64,000 nt of DNA from Acutalibacteraceae bacterium (GTDB lineage Bacteria; Bacillota; Clostridia; Oscillospirales; Acutalibacteraceae): the NCBI GenBank assembly GCA_045123695.1, contig JBGVKJ010000019.1:204805-268804 (forward strand), written 5' to 3'. Made by a program: the position numbers and the translations under genes. Below are positions 54,222-63,796 of this stretch, one piece after another. Every line of letters begins with the position of its first letter. Within the stretch, counting starts at the first letter, position 1. The notes under the pieces are model-generated. The model saw nothing but the letters and a program-made list of their open reading frames with translations, made no database searches and was not told the DNA's origin.

Positions 54222-56735
54222 TTATTTACTTTTTTTAGCGGGAGCTTTTTTAGTTGTCTTCTTTTCAGCTGATTTTGTTGCAGCTTTAGTTGCTGTTTTT
54301 TTAGCCGGCTTCTTTTCGGGCTTAGCTGCGGGCTTTACTGCAGGCTGAGTGTTCCAGATGTTTGCGGCATATTCGTTGATTGCTCTGTCAGCAGCAAATC
54401 TGCCTGCACCGGAGATGTTCATAAGTGACATTCTGTTCCATGTCTCACGGTCTTTCCAGAGCTCTTCAGCCTTTATCTGTGCCTGACGGTAGTCGGCAAA
54501 GTCAGCAAGTACCATATACGGATCGTGGTATATGATTGATGAGCTGACATCGGGGAACATCTTGCCGTTGATACCCTTATTGATGAAGTCAACAACCTTG
54601 TGTATTTCAGCGTTGTTTTCGTAGTAGGTGTGAGGGTTGTAGTGAGCCTTAAGCTCGTTGACCTCGGGTGTTCTCATACCGAAGATGATGATGTTGTCGT
54701 CTCCGACAGCGTCATGAATTTCGATGTTTGCACCGTCCATTGTGCCGAGTGTGATTGCACCGTTGAGCATAAGCTTCATATTACCTGTACCGCTTGCCTC
54801 AGTACCTGCAAGTGAAATCTGCTCACTGATATCTGCGGCAGGCATAAGTGCTTCAGCCATTGTAACATTGTAGTCTTCAACGAACACAACCTTGAGTCTG
54901 CCTCTTACATCGGGGTCAGCATCGATAAGTTTGCCGAGCTCGCAGATGAAGTTGATGATTCGCTTTGCAACTACATAGCCGGGCGCAGCCTTTGCGGCAA
55001 AAATATATGTGTGCGGTGTGAAGTCACCGTCGGGATTTTCTTTAATAGCAAGGTATTTTGATACAATCTGAAGTGCGTTAAGGTGCTGACGCTTATACTC
55101 GTGAAGTCTCTTTACCTGAACATCAAAGATTGAATTCGGGTCAATTTTTACACCCTGTTTCTTGAAGATAAGCTTTGCAAAACGCTCTTTGTTTGCAAGC
55201 TTGATGCTCTCAAGCTTTGCGAGTACGGCCTTATCGTCCTTGTATTCACGCAGGTTGATAAGCTCGTCTGCGTTGTATGTGAAGCCGTCACCGATAAGAG
55301 AGGTGAGGTAGCTTGCAAGCTCGGGGTTGGACTGGTTGAGCCAACGGCGGTGAGCAATACCGTTTGTAACGTTTGTGAACTTTTCGGGGGTGTGACGGTA
55401 GTAGTCGTTGAATACGCTGTCCTTAAGAATCTGGCTGTGAAGTGCGGAAACACCGTTTACACAGTGGCCTGCAACAACGCAGAGGTTTGCCATACGGACA
55501 GTACCGTTTGAAATAACTGCTGTACGCTCAACATAGTCTGCATCGTAAGTCATAGACCATGCGTAGCCTCTGTAGCGGTTATCAATTTCCTTGGTAATCT
55601 GATAAATTCTGGGAAGCAGACGGCGGAAGAGGTCTTCACTCCAGCACTCAAGTGCTTCCTTCATGACAGTGTGGTTTGTGTATGCAACAGTGTTGCTTAC
55701 AATTCTCCACGCATCGTCCCAGCCGTAGCCGCATTCGTCAAGGAATATTCTCATAAGCTCGGGAATTGCGAGTGTGGGATGAGTATCGTTGATATGAATT
55801 GCGTTCTTTTCTGCAAAGTTTTCGATTGAGCCGTATGTGCGAAGGTGGCGTGCAACAATATCCTGAATTGAAGCAGATACAAGGAAGTACTGCTGCTTGA
55901 GACGAAGGCTCTTGCCCTCGGGATGGTTGTCGGAGGGGTAGAGCACCTTGCTGATAACCTCAGCCATAGCATTCTGCTCAACAGCCTTGAGGTAGTTACC
56001 CTGATTGAAGTTTTCCATATCAAGGCCGGGTGCTTTTGCAGACCAAAGACGAAGTACGCTTACAGCCTTACCGTCTTTACCGGGTACAAAAAGGTCGTAG
56101 GGTACAGCTTTGATAGGTGTATAGTCCTTAAGTTCAACATGATGGTAGTGAGTGTCCCAGAAATCTTCTACCCAACCCTCGAAACGGATTTCCTGTGCGC
56201 TCTGAGGACGCTCTACAAGCCATGCTTCGCCGCCGGGAAGCCAGAAATCAGGCATCTCTGTCTGCCAGCCGTCGATAATTTTCTGTTTGAAAATACCGAA
56301 TTCATAAAGTATGGAGTAGCCCATACCGTTATAGCCCTGAGTTGCAAGGCCGTCAAGGTAGCAGGCGGCAAGTCTGCCCAGACCGCCGTTGCCGAGACCT
56401 GCATCGGGTTCGCAGTCGTAAAGCTTGTCAAGCTTGATACCGAATGAAGAAAGTGCTTTTTCCATAGTATCGGTAAGGTTGAGGTTGAAGAGGTTGTTTT
56501 TAAGAGAACGACCCATAAGGAATTCCATTGAAAGGTAGTAAACACTCTTGGAATCTGTTTTCTTTGCCTCGTGTGCAAATTCCGCTCTGCCCTTTGTGAG
56601 CATATCGCGTATAACCATTGCAACAGCCTTGTAATAATGCTCGTAAGTTGCTTCCTCGGGAGTTACACCGAAAAAGTGTGAAAGTTTACCGGCAATAAGC
56701 TCCTTTGCTTGTGCCGTAGTTAATGAATAATTCAT
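54222..56735 (-). CDS. glgP: Glycogen/maltodextrin phosphorylase (GT35) with a Lys/Ala/Thr-rich C-terminal tail
   Basis: GLGNGGLGRLAAC, the PLP-site region EASGTGNMKLMLNGA, and ~800 aa of family similarity. The start is taken at M20 of the track ORF (MNYSLTTAQAKEL), preceded by a GGAGG-like RBS. The coordinate may be off by 1 nt because of a counting ambiguity on my side. Confidence 0.92.
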   Translation of the reverse strand: MNYSLTTAQAKELIAGKLSHFFGVTPEEATYEHYYKAVAMVIRDMLTKGRAEFAHEAKKTDSKSVYYLSMEFLMGRSLKNNLFNLNLTDTMEKALSSFGIKLDKLYDCEPDAGLGNGGLGRLAACYLDGLATQGYNGMGYSILYEFGIFKQKIIDGWQTEMPDFWLPGGEAWLVERPQSAQEIRFEGWVEDFWDTHYHHVELKDYTPIKAVPYDLFVPGKDGKAVSVLRLWSAKAPGLDMENFNQGNYLKAVEQNAMAEVISKVLYPSDNHPEGKSLRLKQQYFLVSASIQDIVARHLRTYGSIENFAEKNAIHINDTHPTLAIPELMRIFLDECGYGWDDAWRIVSNTVAYTNHTVMKEALECWSEDLFRRLLPRIYQITKEIDNRYRGYAWSMTYDADYVERTAVISNGTVRMANLCVVAGHCVNGVSALHSQILKDSVFNDYYRHTPEKFTNVTNGIAHRRWLNQSNPELASYLTSLIGDGFTYNADELINLREYKDDKAVLAKLESIKLANKERFAKLIFKKQGVKIDPNSIFDVQVKRLHEYKRQHLNALQIVSKYLAIKENPDGDFTPHTYIFAAKAAPGYVVAKRIINFICELGKLIDADPDVRGRLKVVFVEDYNVTMAEALMPAADISEQISLAGTEASGTGNMKLMLNGAITLGTMDGANIEIHDAVGDDNIIIFGMRTPEVNELKAHYNPHTYYENNAEIHKVVDFINKGINGKMFPDVSSSIIYHDPYMVLADFADYRQAQIKAEELWKDRETWNRMSLMNISGAGRFAADRAINEYAANIWNTQPAVKPAAKPEKKPAKKTATKAATKSAEKKTTKKAPAKKSK

Positions 56736-56843
56736 ACAAAACCTCCAAAAAAATTGCTGAAAAGGGGTGTCTTTTATGACATCTGTATACATATTATACT
56801 AAAATTACACTAATTTCAATACCTAACAGAAAAAATATTAAAA

Positions 56844-56872
56844 AAGATTGATTTTTTTGCAAAATCAATCTT
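56844..56872. terminator. Hairpin terminator downstream of mazF (minus strand)
   Basis: Stem AAGATTGATTTT pairs with AAAATCAATCTT, with A/T tracts on both sides. Confidence 0.6.
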
Positions 56873-56884
56873 TTTAATGAGTGT

Positions 56885-57247
56885 TTATATACTTGCTACA
56901 CTGCTGTCAAGACCGAAACTGACGCTGAGAGCCTTGTTTATTCTGCTCATATCTACTGCATCAAGGTTACCCATTTTTTCTTTAAGACGCCTTTTGTCTA
57001 TAGTTCTTACCTGCTCGAGCAGTACAATGGAATCTTTTGCAAGGCCGCAACCGTCTGCGTTTACTTTGATGTGTGTCGGAAGCCCCGTTTTATACTTCTG
57101 GCTTGTTATTGCTGCGGCAATAACTGTCGGGCTGTATTTGTTGCCTATGTCATTCTGCACGATAAGTACGGGACGAATGCCTCCTTGCTCCGAGCCTACA
57201 ACGGGACTCAGGTCAGCGTAGTATATTTCTCCGCGTTTTACATTCAT
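56885..57247 (-). CDS. mazF: MazF/PemK-family mRNA interferase toxin (EndoA/NdoA-like)
   Basis: 120 aa. KRGEIYYADLSPVVGSEQGGIRPVLIVQNDIGNKYSPTVIAAAITSQ... closely resembles the Firmicute MazF/EndoA core. RBS GGAGAG lies upstream. Confidence 0.9.
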   Translation of the reverse strand: MNVKRGEIYYADLSPVVGSEQGGIRPVLIVQNDIGNKYSPTVIAAAITSQKYKTGLPTHIKVNADGCGLAKDSIVLLEQVRTIDKRRLKEKMGNLDAVDMSRINKALSVSFGLDSSVASI

Positions 57248-57356
57248 AAAAGCTCACTCTCCGATTTGTGTCTGTGGCGATACCGCCTGTGTAACTATTT
57301 TTGCCGTCAAGCGGTGTACTTAATCATCGGGGAGCTGATTTTTTTACTAAAACATA

Positions 57357-57842
57357 CTATGTAATATCCTTGAATTTGACAGTGATATCTTTATCCTCAT
57401 ATTCAATAAATGTCGGCGTGCAGCTCTCTTTATTTAAATACATTATATAATTACCGTATTTTGATACACCTTCCAGTATGTAAGTCTGCTCGTTTTCGGT
57501 TGCACTTACGGGTAGTGTTACAATAGCAGAATGTATTGCGCCCAGAAGCTGGGTCTGGTGAGTTGTTTCGCCTGATGTGAATTCAAGTCCGTCCAGTGAG
57601 CTGGTAAAATTATCTCCGTCGGTTGAAACTGTCATACCGCAGATTTCTTCAGGAGAAGAAAAAACAGCGCTGCAGCCGTTTTCCTCACAAGTGAAATCGG
57701 CTGTATACGCTGTTTCGTTAAATTGTATGTCTGCTTTTGCTGTGAAAACGCGGTTTACGCATATCTCGGCAGATTTGTTTGCACTGCAGGAGCAAAGTGA
57801 AACGCAGATAATTGCCGATAATAATGCAATAAACTTTTTCAT
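57357..57842 (-). CDS. Putative lipoprotein (hypothetical)
   Basis: MKKFIALLSAIICVSLCSCSANK gives a signal peptide with the lipobox-like LCSC. I recognise no family. GGAAAGGA lies 11 nt before the ATG at 57842. Confidence 0.5.
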   Translation of the reverse strand: MKKFIALLSAIICVSLCSCSANKSAEICVNRVFTAKADIQFNETAYTADFTCEENGCSAVFSSPEEICGMTVSTDGDNFTSSLDGLEFTSGETTHQTQLLGAIHSAIVTLPVSATENEQTYILEGVSKYGNYIMYLNKESCTPTFIEYEDKDITVKFKDIT

Positions 57843-57863
57843 TCGGGCTGTCATCCTTTCCAA

Positions 57864-59372
57864 TCAGTATTCGGAAAGCAGCCTCGGTAAAATTTCAATC
57901 ATATCAGTAGGGGTCATACCCGCTTCGGAAATTGTTTTTGCCGCAACATCACCACAGGTACCGTGAATGAAAGTGCCGAGCATTGCCGCCTGCATAAGCT
58001 GATATCCTTGCGCGACAAGACCTGCAATTATACCTGCAAGCAGGTCACCGCTGCCGCCTCGTGCCATACCTGCGTTACCCGTGCGGTTTATATAAACTTT
58101 TTCGCCATCGGATACAACGGTGTTTGCACCTTTGAGCACAACTACTATGCCAAACTGTTTGGCAACAGCTTTTGCAAGCAGAATACGGTTCGTTTGTACT
58201 TGCTCTACGGTAAGTCTCAACAGCCTTGCCATCTCACCGGGATGAGGTGTGATAATCGCTCTTCCTCTGACTGCTTCCAGCATATTTATATTCGCGGATA
58301 TGATATTTATGCCGTCTGCATCAATAACTGTAGGGCAGGAGGTTTCTTTGAGCAATTCTTCGACAACGCTTGATGTGCCGAGCGTGTCACCAAGACCGCA
58401 GCCTATAAGCATACAGTCGGATTTTTCTGCGGCAGGAATCAGCGATTCGAGAGAACCTCTTGCAAGGAAACCTTCCTCACAGCAGGGGAGAGACATCATA
58501 ATCGGTTCGTTGAGCTTTGGTGCTATTGCAGGGTAAGCGGCATCGGGAAAAGCACAGGTTACAAGACCTGCACCGATTCTTACCGCACCGGAGGCTGCAA
58601 AAAATGCTGCACCCGGATATTTTTTACTGCCGCAAACGCTGAGCACCTTGCCGTAGTCACCTTTGTTTGAAAGGGGATTGCGTTTTTCAAATTCAGGCCT
58701 GAAATTTTTAGGCAGTACAAAAAATTCTTCCTCAACCGATGATTCGTCAAGACCGATATCAACAGTTTTGACTTTTCCGCAAAAGAAACAAGCAGGTTTC
58801 AGTACATGCGCAGGCTTGCGGCAGCTGATTGCAAGTGTCAGGTCAGCTTTTATGCATTCTCCGTTTATTGCACCTGTGTCGCATTCTGCACCGCTTGGCA
58901 GGTCTATTGCAATTACTTTCGCTTTGGATTTGTTTACAGCTGCAAAAATTTCGGCTGTGCTGTCATCTGCTTTTCCTTTAAAGCCAAAGCCAAATACACT
59001 GTCGATTATAACGTCAGCATTTTTGATGATTTCACAGGCTTTTTCCTTATCTGTCAGCCAATCGGTGACAGGTGTACCGTTCATTCTGCCAAACATTATA
59101 AAAGCATCATCTGCAACAGGCTGACCGCAGGCGAGAATTACGCTGATATCATATCCTTTTGAGCGCAGATACTCTGCAACTACAAATCCGTCGCCGCCGT
59201 TTTTACCTTTACCGCACACAACTGCAACCTTCTCGTTAAGTGTAAGATATGCTTTTTCGGTAAGGTTTGCACATGCGACACCTGCGTTATACATCATATC
59301 AATGTAGGCATAGCCTTTTTCGTTGGCGTTAGCCTCAATCTGTTTCATCTGAGCGGAAGTGTAAATTTTCAT
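57864..59372 (-). CDS. nnr: Bifunctional NAD(P)H-hydrate repair enzyme Nnr (epimerase + ADP-dependent dehydratase)
   Basis: N-terminal YjeF_N domain (GKGKNGGDGFVVA) and C-terminal carbohydrate-kinase-like domain (GSGDLLAGIIAGL), 502 aa. Confidence 0.9.
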   Translation of the reverse strand: MKIYTSAQMKQIEANANEKGYAYIDMMYNAGVACANLTEKAYLTLNEKVAVVCGKGKNGGDGFVVAEYLRSKGYDISVILACGQPVADDAFIMFGRMNGTPVTDWLTDKEKACEIIKNADVIIDSVFGFGFKGKADDSTAEIFAAVNKSKAKVIAIDLPSGAECDTGAINGECIKADLTLAISCRKPAHVLKPACFFCGKVKTVDIGLDESSVEEEFFVLPKNFRPEFEKRNPLSNKGDYGKVLSVCGSKKYPGAAFFAASGAVRIGAGLVTCAFPDAAYPAIAPKLNEPIMMSLPCCEEGFLARGSLESLIPAAEKSDCMLIGCGLGDTLGTSSVVEELLKETSCPTVIDADGINIISANINMLEAVRGRAIITPHPGEMARLLRLTVEQVQTNRILLAKAVAKQFGIVVVLKGANTVVSDGEKVYINRTGNAGMARGGSGDLLAGIIAGLVAQGYQLMQAAMLGTFIHGTCGDVAAKTISEAGMTPTDMIEILPRLLSEY

Positions 59373-59435
59373 ACTCTTGCCTCTTTTAGTAACAGTTGAC
59401 CAACCCGTATAACAGATTGGTCAACTGACAGTGGT

Positions 59436-61910
59436 TTATTTTACAATACCTTCAAGGAAGTTGACTTCGTCAACCTTACCCTCGGCATCAATACGGAATG
59501 TCTTTATCTCGTGCGGCAGGAAGTCAACCTTGAATGCAGCATCAAGCATATCACACATAATGTATGTGCGTGTCTTCTTGCCCTGAGTTTCAAAGCAACG
59601 GATGACAGCATCGCCTGAGCCGTCTTCGCAGAATTTGAATGCTGTTGCAATAATATTGTCTGCAGTGATTTCGAGGAAGCTGTCCTTATGCGGTCTGCCG
59701 CTTCCCTTGTGGTAGCTTTCTGCTACAGTAACGGGTCTGCAGTTGAATTTAGCAGCAAGCTTCATAATCTCTGTGTTTTCAACCTCACCCTCGTGCGGAA
59801 AGATTGCATACTCAAATCTCTGCATACCTTCGTCTGTGAAGTTGAAATCAGCAGCAGGTCTGTGTGAGTAATGGTCAGCAAAAATAACGTTTCTGATTGC
59901 TGTCATACGCAGTGTCGTATCGGGACAGTCGTAGCTGTACTTACCGTCGTTGATAACTGCAATACCTGCACGCTTGCCGTTAATGGTTGATGTGATATCA
60001 GCCCACTGCTGAGTCGGTTCTTCTTCACCGTTGCAGGGACGCTTGATATAGCCACAGGGGATTTCGTAAGTAGAAATCGCATCTGTGCCGCCGATGTTGA
60101 AGGGAATCTTGAGCATTGTAAACTGCTCGCTCCAGTTAGCCTTGCACTTTACTCTGATTACCTTCTTACCCTCTGTCAGGCAGAATTCCTGAGTGAGTGT
60201 TGAGGTACCGAATGTGTATTTGATTCTGACGCTTGCACGAAGCGGACCCTGCTCAACAAGCTCGATTGATTTTACATCCATAAGACCCTTAATCTTGTGG
60301 AACTTGAATACATTGTGAGCCCAGGTGTCTGTTTCGTGGTCGTCAATAACAAACGGCATAGCAAGGAAAGAGTTTTCAGCGTAGTTGATACCGCTTGTCT
60401 TGTCAACAAGCTTTGAAATACCGCCTGCTTCATTTGTGAATTCAACTCTGATGAGGTCGTTTTCCATAAAGATAACGTCACCGTCACCGCAGGTGAGAGC
60501 ACTCTTCTGCTCGGGTGTCTCTGCCTCAAAGCTGAGCCAGTATGTAGCGTAGCCCATAGCAGGAACCTTAGCCATAAACAGTGTGTCAAGATGGCTGTCG
60601 TTAGAGCGTGATGAGCGTACGTTCTGGAAGAGAACGTCGTTGCCGTCGCTGTCCGTTACTTTTTCGCTCAGGTGATAAACACGTACGGGCATCTCAATAT
60701 CAAATGAAAGGGGATTGAACACAACAATAGGTCTGGGGAAATCCGCACGTGCACCGAGGTTGCGTACCTCTGTACATACGGGGTCGGATACACCGTCAAT
60801 CCATGTGTCAATCTGTCTTGCAATCTTGATAAGTGCTGTGTTGTAAATCTTTGATGCAACATCGAGTGCGTAGCCGCTGCTCTCTTTAACGTCCTCATAA
60901 GCTTCCATAATTGAACAGCCGCAGAGAATATCGTGGAACTGATTGAAGCATACATTTCTCCATGCTTCTGCAAACTGCTTTGTTGCGGGTGTTGCACCTG
61001 CAACCTTTGAAGCTATGGTGTTGAATTTTTCAGCTGCTGCAAGCTGATTTTCGCATTTTCTGTTGAGCTGCTTTACAAGTGAAGTTGCTGAGTAGCAGCC
61101 GCTTGCGTGGTGCTGAAGGTCATCGGTCCATACGGGAATATCGAGAGGAGTGATAAGCATCTCACGGAAGTAATCGTCGGGACTTGAGAATTCAAGCTCG
61201 CAGAATTCTTCCTTCTTCATTTCTTCCATAAGGTATTCGATATCACCTCTGGAAGGTCCGCCGCCGTGGTTGCCGATGCCGTAGAAGAGCATCATACCGT
61301 GACCTGAATTTTCGGAACGCTCTGCGTATTCCTTGATTTTCTCTTTGAGGTGTTCGGGGCCGCTGTGGCCGTAGCCCTCAGGAATGTGGTAGGTGAGTAC
61401 TCTTGAGCCGTCGGGACTTTCCCACCAGAATGCATTCTGCGGAATTTCAGCGTTTTCGTGCTGACCGGGGCGCATCATAACGTATGCACACATACCGCCC
61501 TGACGAAGAAGCTGAGGCATCATTGCGTTATGACCGAATGAGTCAACGTTATAGCCTGTTTTGCAGATTTTGCCGAATTTTTCATAGTAATAGAGCTGGC
61601 TGTAAAGAGCCTGACGTGCAAAGCTCTCACCGCTGGGCATATTGCAGTCGGGCTGCACCCACCAGCCATTGACTATACACCAGCGACCTTCTTCAACTCT
61701 CTGCTGAATTTCTTTGAACATATCAGGGTCGATTTCTTCAACCCAGCGGTAGTATGCGGCAGAGGAGCAGGTGAAAACAAAATCGTCATATTCGTTAAGT
61801 CTGTCAAGTGCTGAGCGGAATGTCTGCATTACTTCGTTGGAGCCCTCCTGCCAGCGCCACAGCCAGATTGGGTCAAGATGTGCGTTGCCGATAAGATGTA
61901 CTTTTGCCAT
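59436..61910 (-). CDS. GH38 alpha-mannosidase (cytoplasmic)
   Basis: N-terminus VHLIGNAHLDPIWLWRWQEG (GH38 metal site), DSFGH and NQFHDIL motifs, 824 aa, no signal peptide. Confidence 0.9.
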   Translation of the reverse strand: MAKVHLIGNAHLDPIWLWRWQEGSNEVMQTFRSALDRLNEYDDFVFTCSSAAYYRWVEEIDPDMFKEIQQRVEEGRWCIVNGWWVQPDCNMPSGESFARQALYSQLYYYEKFGKICKTGYNVDSFGHNAMMPQLLRQGGMCAYVMMRPGQHENAEIPQNAFWWESPDGSRVLTYHIPEGYGHSGPEHLKEKIKEYAERSENSGHGMMLFYGIGNHGGGPSRGDIEYLMEEMKKEEFCELEFSSPDDYFREMLITPLDIPVWTDDLQHHASGCYSATSLVKQLNRKCENQLAAAEKFNTIASKVAGATPATKQFAEAWRNVCFNQFHDILCGCSIMEAYEDVKESSGYALDVASKIYNTALIKIARQIDTWIDGVSDPVCTEVRNLGARADFPRPIVVFNPLSFDIEMPVRVYHLSEKVTDSDGNDVLFQNVRSSRSNDSHLDTLFMAKVPAMGYATYWLSFEAETPEQKSALTCGDGDVIFMENDLIRVEFTNEAGGISKLVDKTSGINYAENSFLAMPFVIDDHETDTWAHNVFKFHKIKGLMDVKSIELVEQGPLRASVRIKYTFGTSTLTQEFCLTEGKKVIRVKCKANWSEQFTMLKIPFNIGGTDAISTYEIPCGYIKRPCNGEEEPTQQWADITSTINGKRAGIAVINDGKYSYDCPDTTLRMTAIRNVIFADHYSHRPAADFNFTDEGMQRFEYAIFPHEGEVENTEIMKLAAKFNCRPVTVAESYHKGSGRPHKDSFLEITADNIIATAFKFCEDGSGDAVIRCFETQGKKTRTYIMCDMLDAAFKVDFLPHEIKTFRIDAEGKVDEVNFLEGIVK

Positions 61911-61925
61911 TTTGTTTCTCCTCCC

Positions 61926-63707
61926 TTATTCCTCAATAAATCCGTAATACATACCGATCCAGTAGCCGAATGTGTATACGTAACAGCTTTCGACAACGTA
62001 AATTCCGCCTGAGTCCTCGTCTTTGAATTCCCACGGATTACGGTCGAATTTTGCAATAAAGTGCTCATCGGGCTGAAGCTTTGCCGATGTTTCGATATAG
62101 TCGTAGCACCAATGGTGCTTCTTTGCAATGTCAAAACGTGTGTCCATGCTGACACCTGCAGCAAGACGGCTGACATTGAAACGCTCAAACCATTTTGCGT
62201 TCTTCTCAAGGTCAATACCCTCTGTGCCTACGCTGAGTGCAAAGGGATACTCGTAGCCGGGTGTGTTTTCGCGGCAGACAGTACCTCTCCATGTGTTGAA
62301 TGCACGTGTGTAGATATCAAGAAGTTTTTCATCTTTTTCAAGAATTGAAAGCATCCAGAAAGAGGATACTGCGAGCATATTATCACCGTACATAAGCTCT
62401 GCGGCAATATCGTTGCCCTCGAAGAGTGAGGTCTGGAATGCTCTGTCATAGTGCTTGAGTGTGAGGTCAGCATAGCCCATATCGATGAGCTTGTTGTATT
62501 CCTCAGTCCACTTGCTGTCACCTGTGATATACTCGGTAACCTTAAGGTATGCAAGCAGCTCTGCGGAGTTAAGGCAGGCATCTGTCCAACCCATATAGGT
62601 GTTGAAGTAATCAAGATTCCATTTTGCCCATGTTGTCGGCTTGCCGTCACACTCTGTGAGCTGATAACCGCCTTCGACGATGTGTGTCATAAGTGCAGTA
62701 GCAGTCTGCTTGATAAGCTCGTCAAGCTCGGGGTCAACATCTGCAAGGAACATGTGTGCAAATAGCATCTGCAGGAAGTGTGCAGTTACTTCGTCACTGC
62801 TTGTGTCGCCTTTGTAAATCATACCCTCTTCGGTGTAACCGTGCTCTGTAAAACAGCGGCGGAGTCTTTCGGGAATGGGGTAACTTGCGTCTATTTCAAG
62901 ACCTGCAATGCCTTTTTGTTTTGAGAATGATGTTTCAACACATACTGCTTTGTCACCGTTAATGCGGTAGAAAAGACCGTCATCGGGGATAGGTTCGTCG
63001 TGCATCATATAACTTCTTGAGGGGAAGCCGTTACCTCTCTTTGAAAGGTACATAAAGAGAAGACAGGTTTCACAGGTGCGTATTGCAAACTCTTTAGCGG
63101 CAATTGTTTCGGGTGCATCTGCACCGAGTTCACGCTTGAGAGTAGCATAGCGGAAAAGCATACCGACAGAGAACCATGATGTGAAGCCGCCGTCGTTATC
63201 GCAGTGACCGTAGGGCACTTTTGAGCTGAAGTCTCTTGCAACATCAAGGTGCTTCTGAGCCATCATACCTCTTCTGCTGACTATATCAATTGATTCCTGA
63301 AGCAGCATTTCTGCTTTTTCTCTTGTTGAAACGGGCTTCATTTCTATATGCACAACGCCTGTTTCTGTCTGTACCCAGCAGCCCTTGTCGCCGTCGCTGA
63401 TAATTGAAAGAACAACGTTGTCGTAAAGATAACGGTTAGCGGTGAAGTGCATAACCTTATCTTCGTCATCTTCTTCTGTGGGACACCAGCGTGTTACACC
63501 GCCGTTTGAACCGAGCCACATTGTGCCGTCAGCATTGACAGCGTGGCAGGTATAGTCCTTCTTGCGTGAGGGCAGGGGGATTCTGACGGATGAAAGGTCA
63601 GGTTTTACCGATTCTGCCGAAAAGAGCTCGGCAGGTACTGCAGCATCGTCTTTTGAGTAGAATGTGCAAAATCTGTTGAGTGTGGTGTGAAGCTTGATAG
63701 TTTTCAT
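61926..63707 (-). CDS. Hypothetical 593-aa protein co-oriented with and 15 nt upstream of the GH38 gene (possible glycoside-hydrolase-like helical barrel; unverified)
   Basis: Long uninterrupted ORF with an RBS (AAGGAGGA) upstream and no signal peptide. I can name no motif. The functional guess comes from operon context only. Confidence 0.35.
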   Translation of the reverse strand: MKTIKLHTTLNRFCTFYSKDDAAVPAELFSAESVKPDLSSVRIPLPSRKKDYTCHAVNADGTMWLGSNGGVTRWCPTEEDDEDKVMHFTANRYLYDNVVLSIISDGDKGCWVQTETGVVHIEMKPVSTREKAEMLLQESIDIVSRRGMMAQKHLDVARDFSSKVPYGHCDNDGGFTSWFSVGMLFRYATLKRELGADAPETIAAKEFAIRTCETCLLFMYLSKRGNGFPSRSYMMHDEPIPDDGLFYRINGDKAVCVETSFSKQKGIAGLEIDASYPIPERLRRCFTEHGYTEEGMIYKGDTSSDEVTAHFLQMLFAHMFLADVDPELDELIKQTATALMTHIVEGGYQLTECDGKPTTWAKWNLDYFNTYMGWTDACLNSAELLAYLKVTEYITGDSKWTEEYNKLIDMGYADLTLKHYDRAFQTSLFEGNDIAAELMYGDNMLAVSSFWMLSILEKDEKLLDIYTRAFNTWRGTVCRENTPGYEYPFALSVGTEGIDLEKNAKWFERFNVSRLAAGVSMDTRFDIAKKHHWCYDYIETSAKLQPDEHFIAKFDRNPWEFKDEDSGGIYVVESCYVYTFGYWIGMYYGFIEE

Positions 63708-63796
63708 CTTGTCCTCCTTGAAAGGATTTTGTGTATTGACTTTTATTTTAAACGTATTTAAAATCTACTTAAAATAATTGATTGGAGTTTAATCTT

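Noticed and set aside
57248-57356. Search for a mazE antitoxin ORF upstream of mazF
   Set aside because: No ORF longer than 6 codons exists on the minus strand in this spacer. The absence is reported as a finding rather than inventing a gene.
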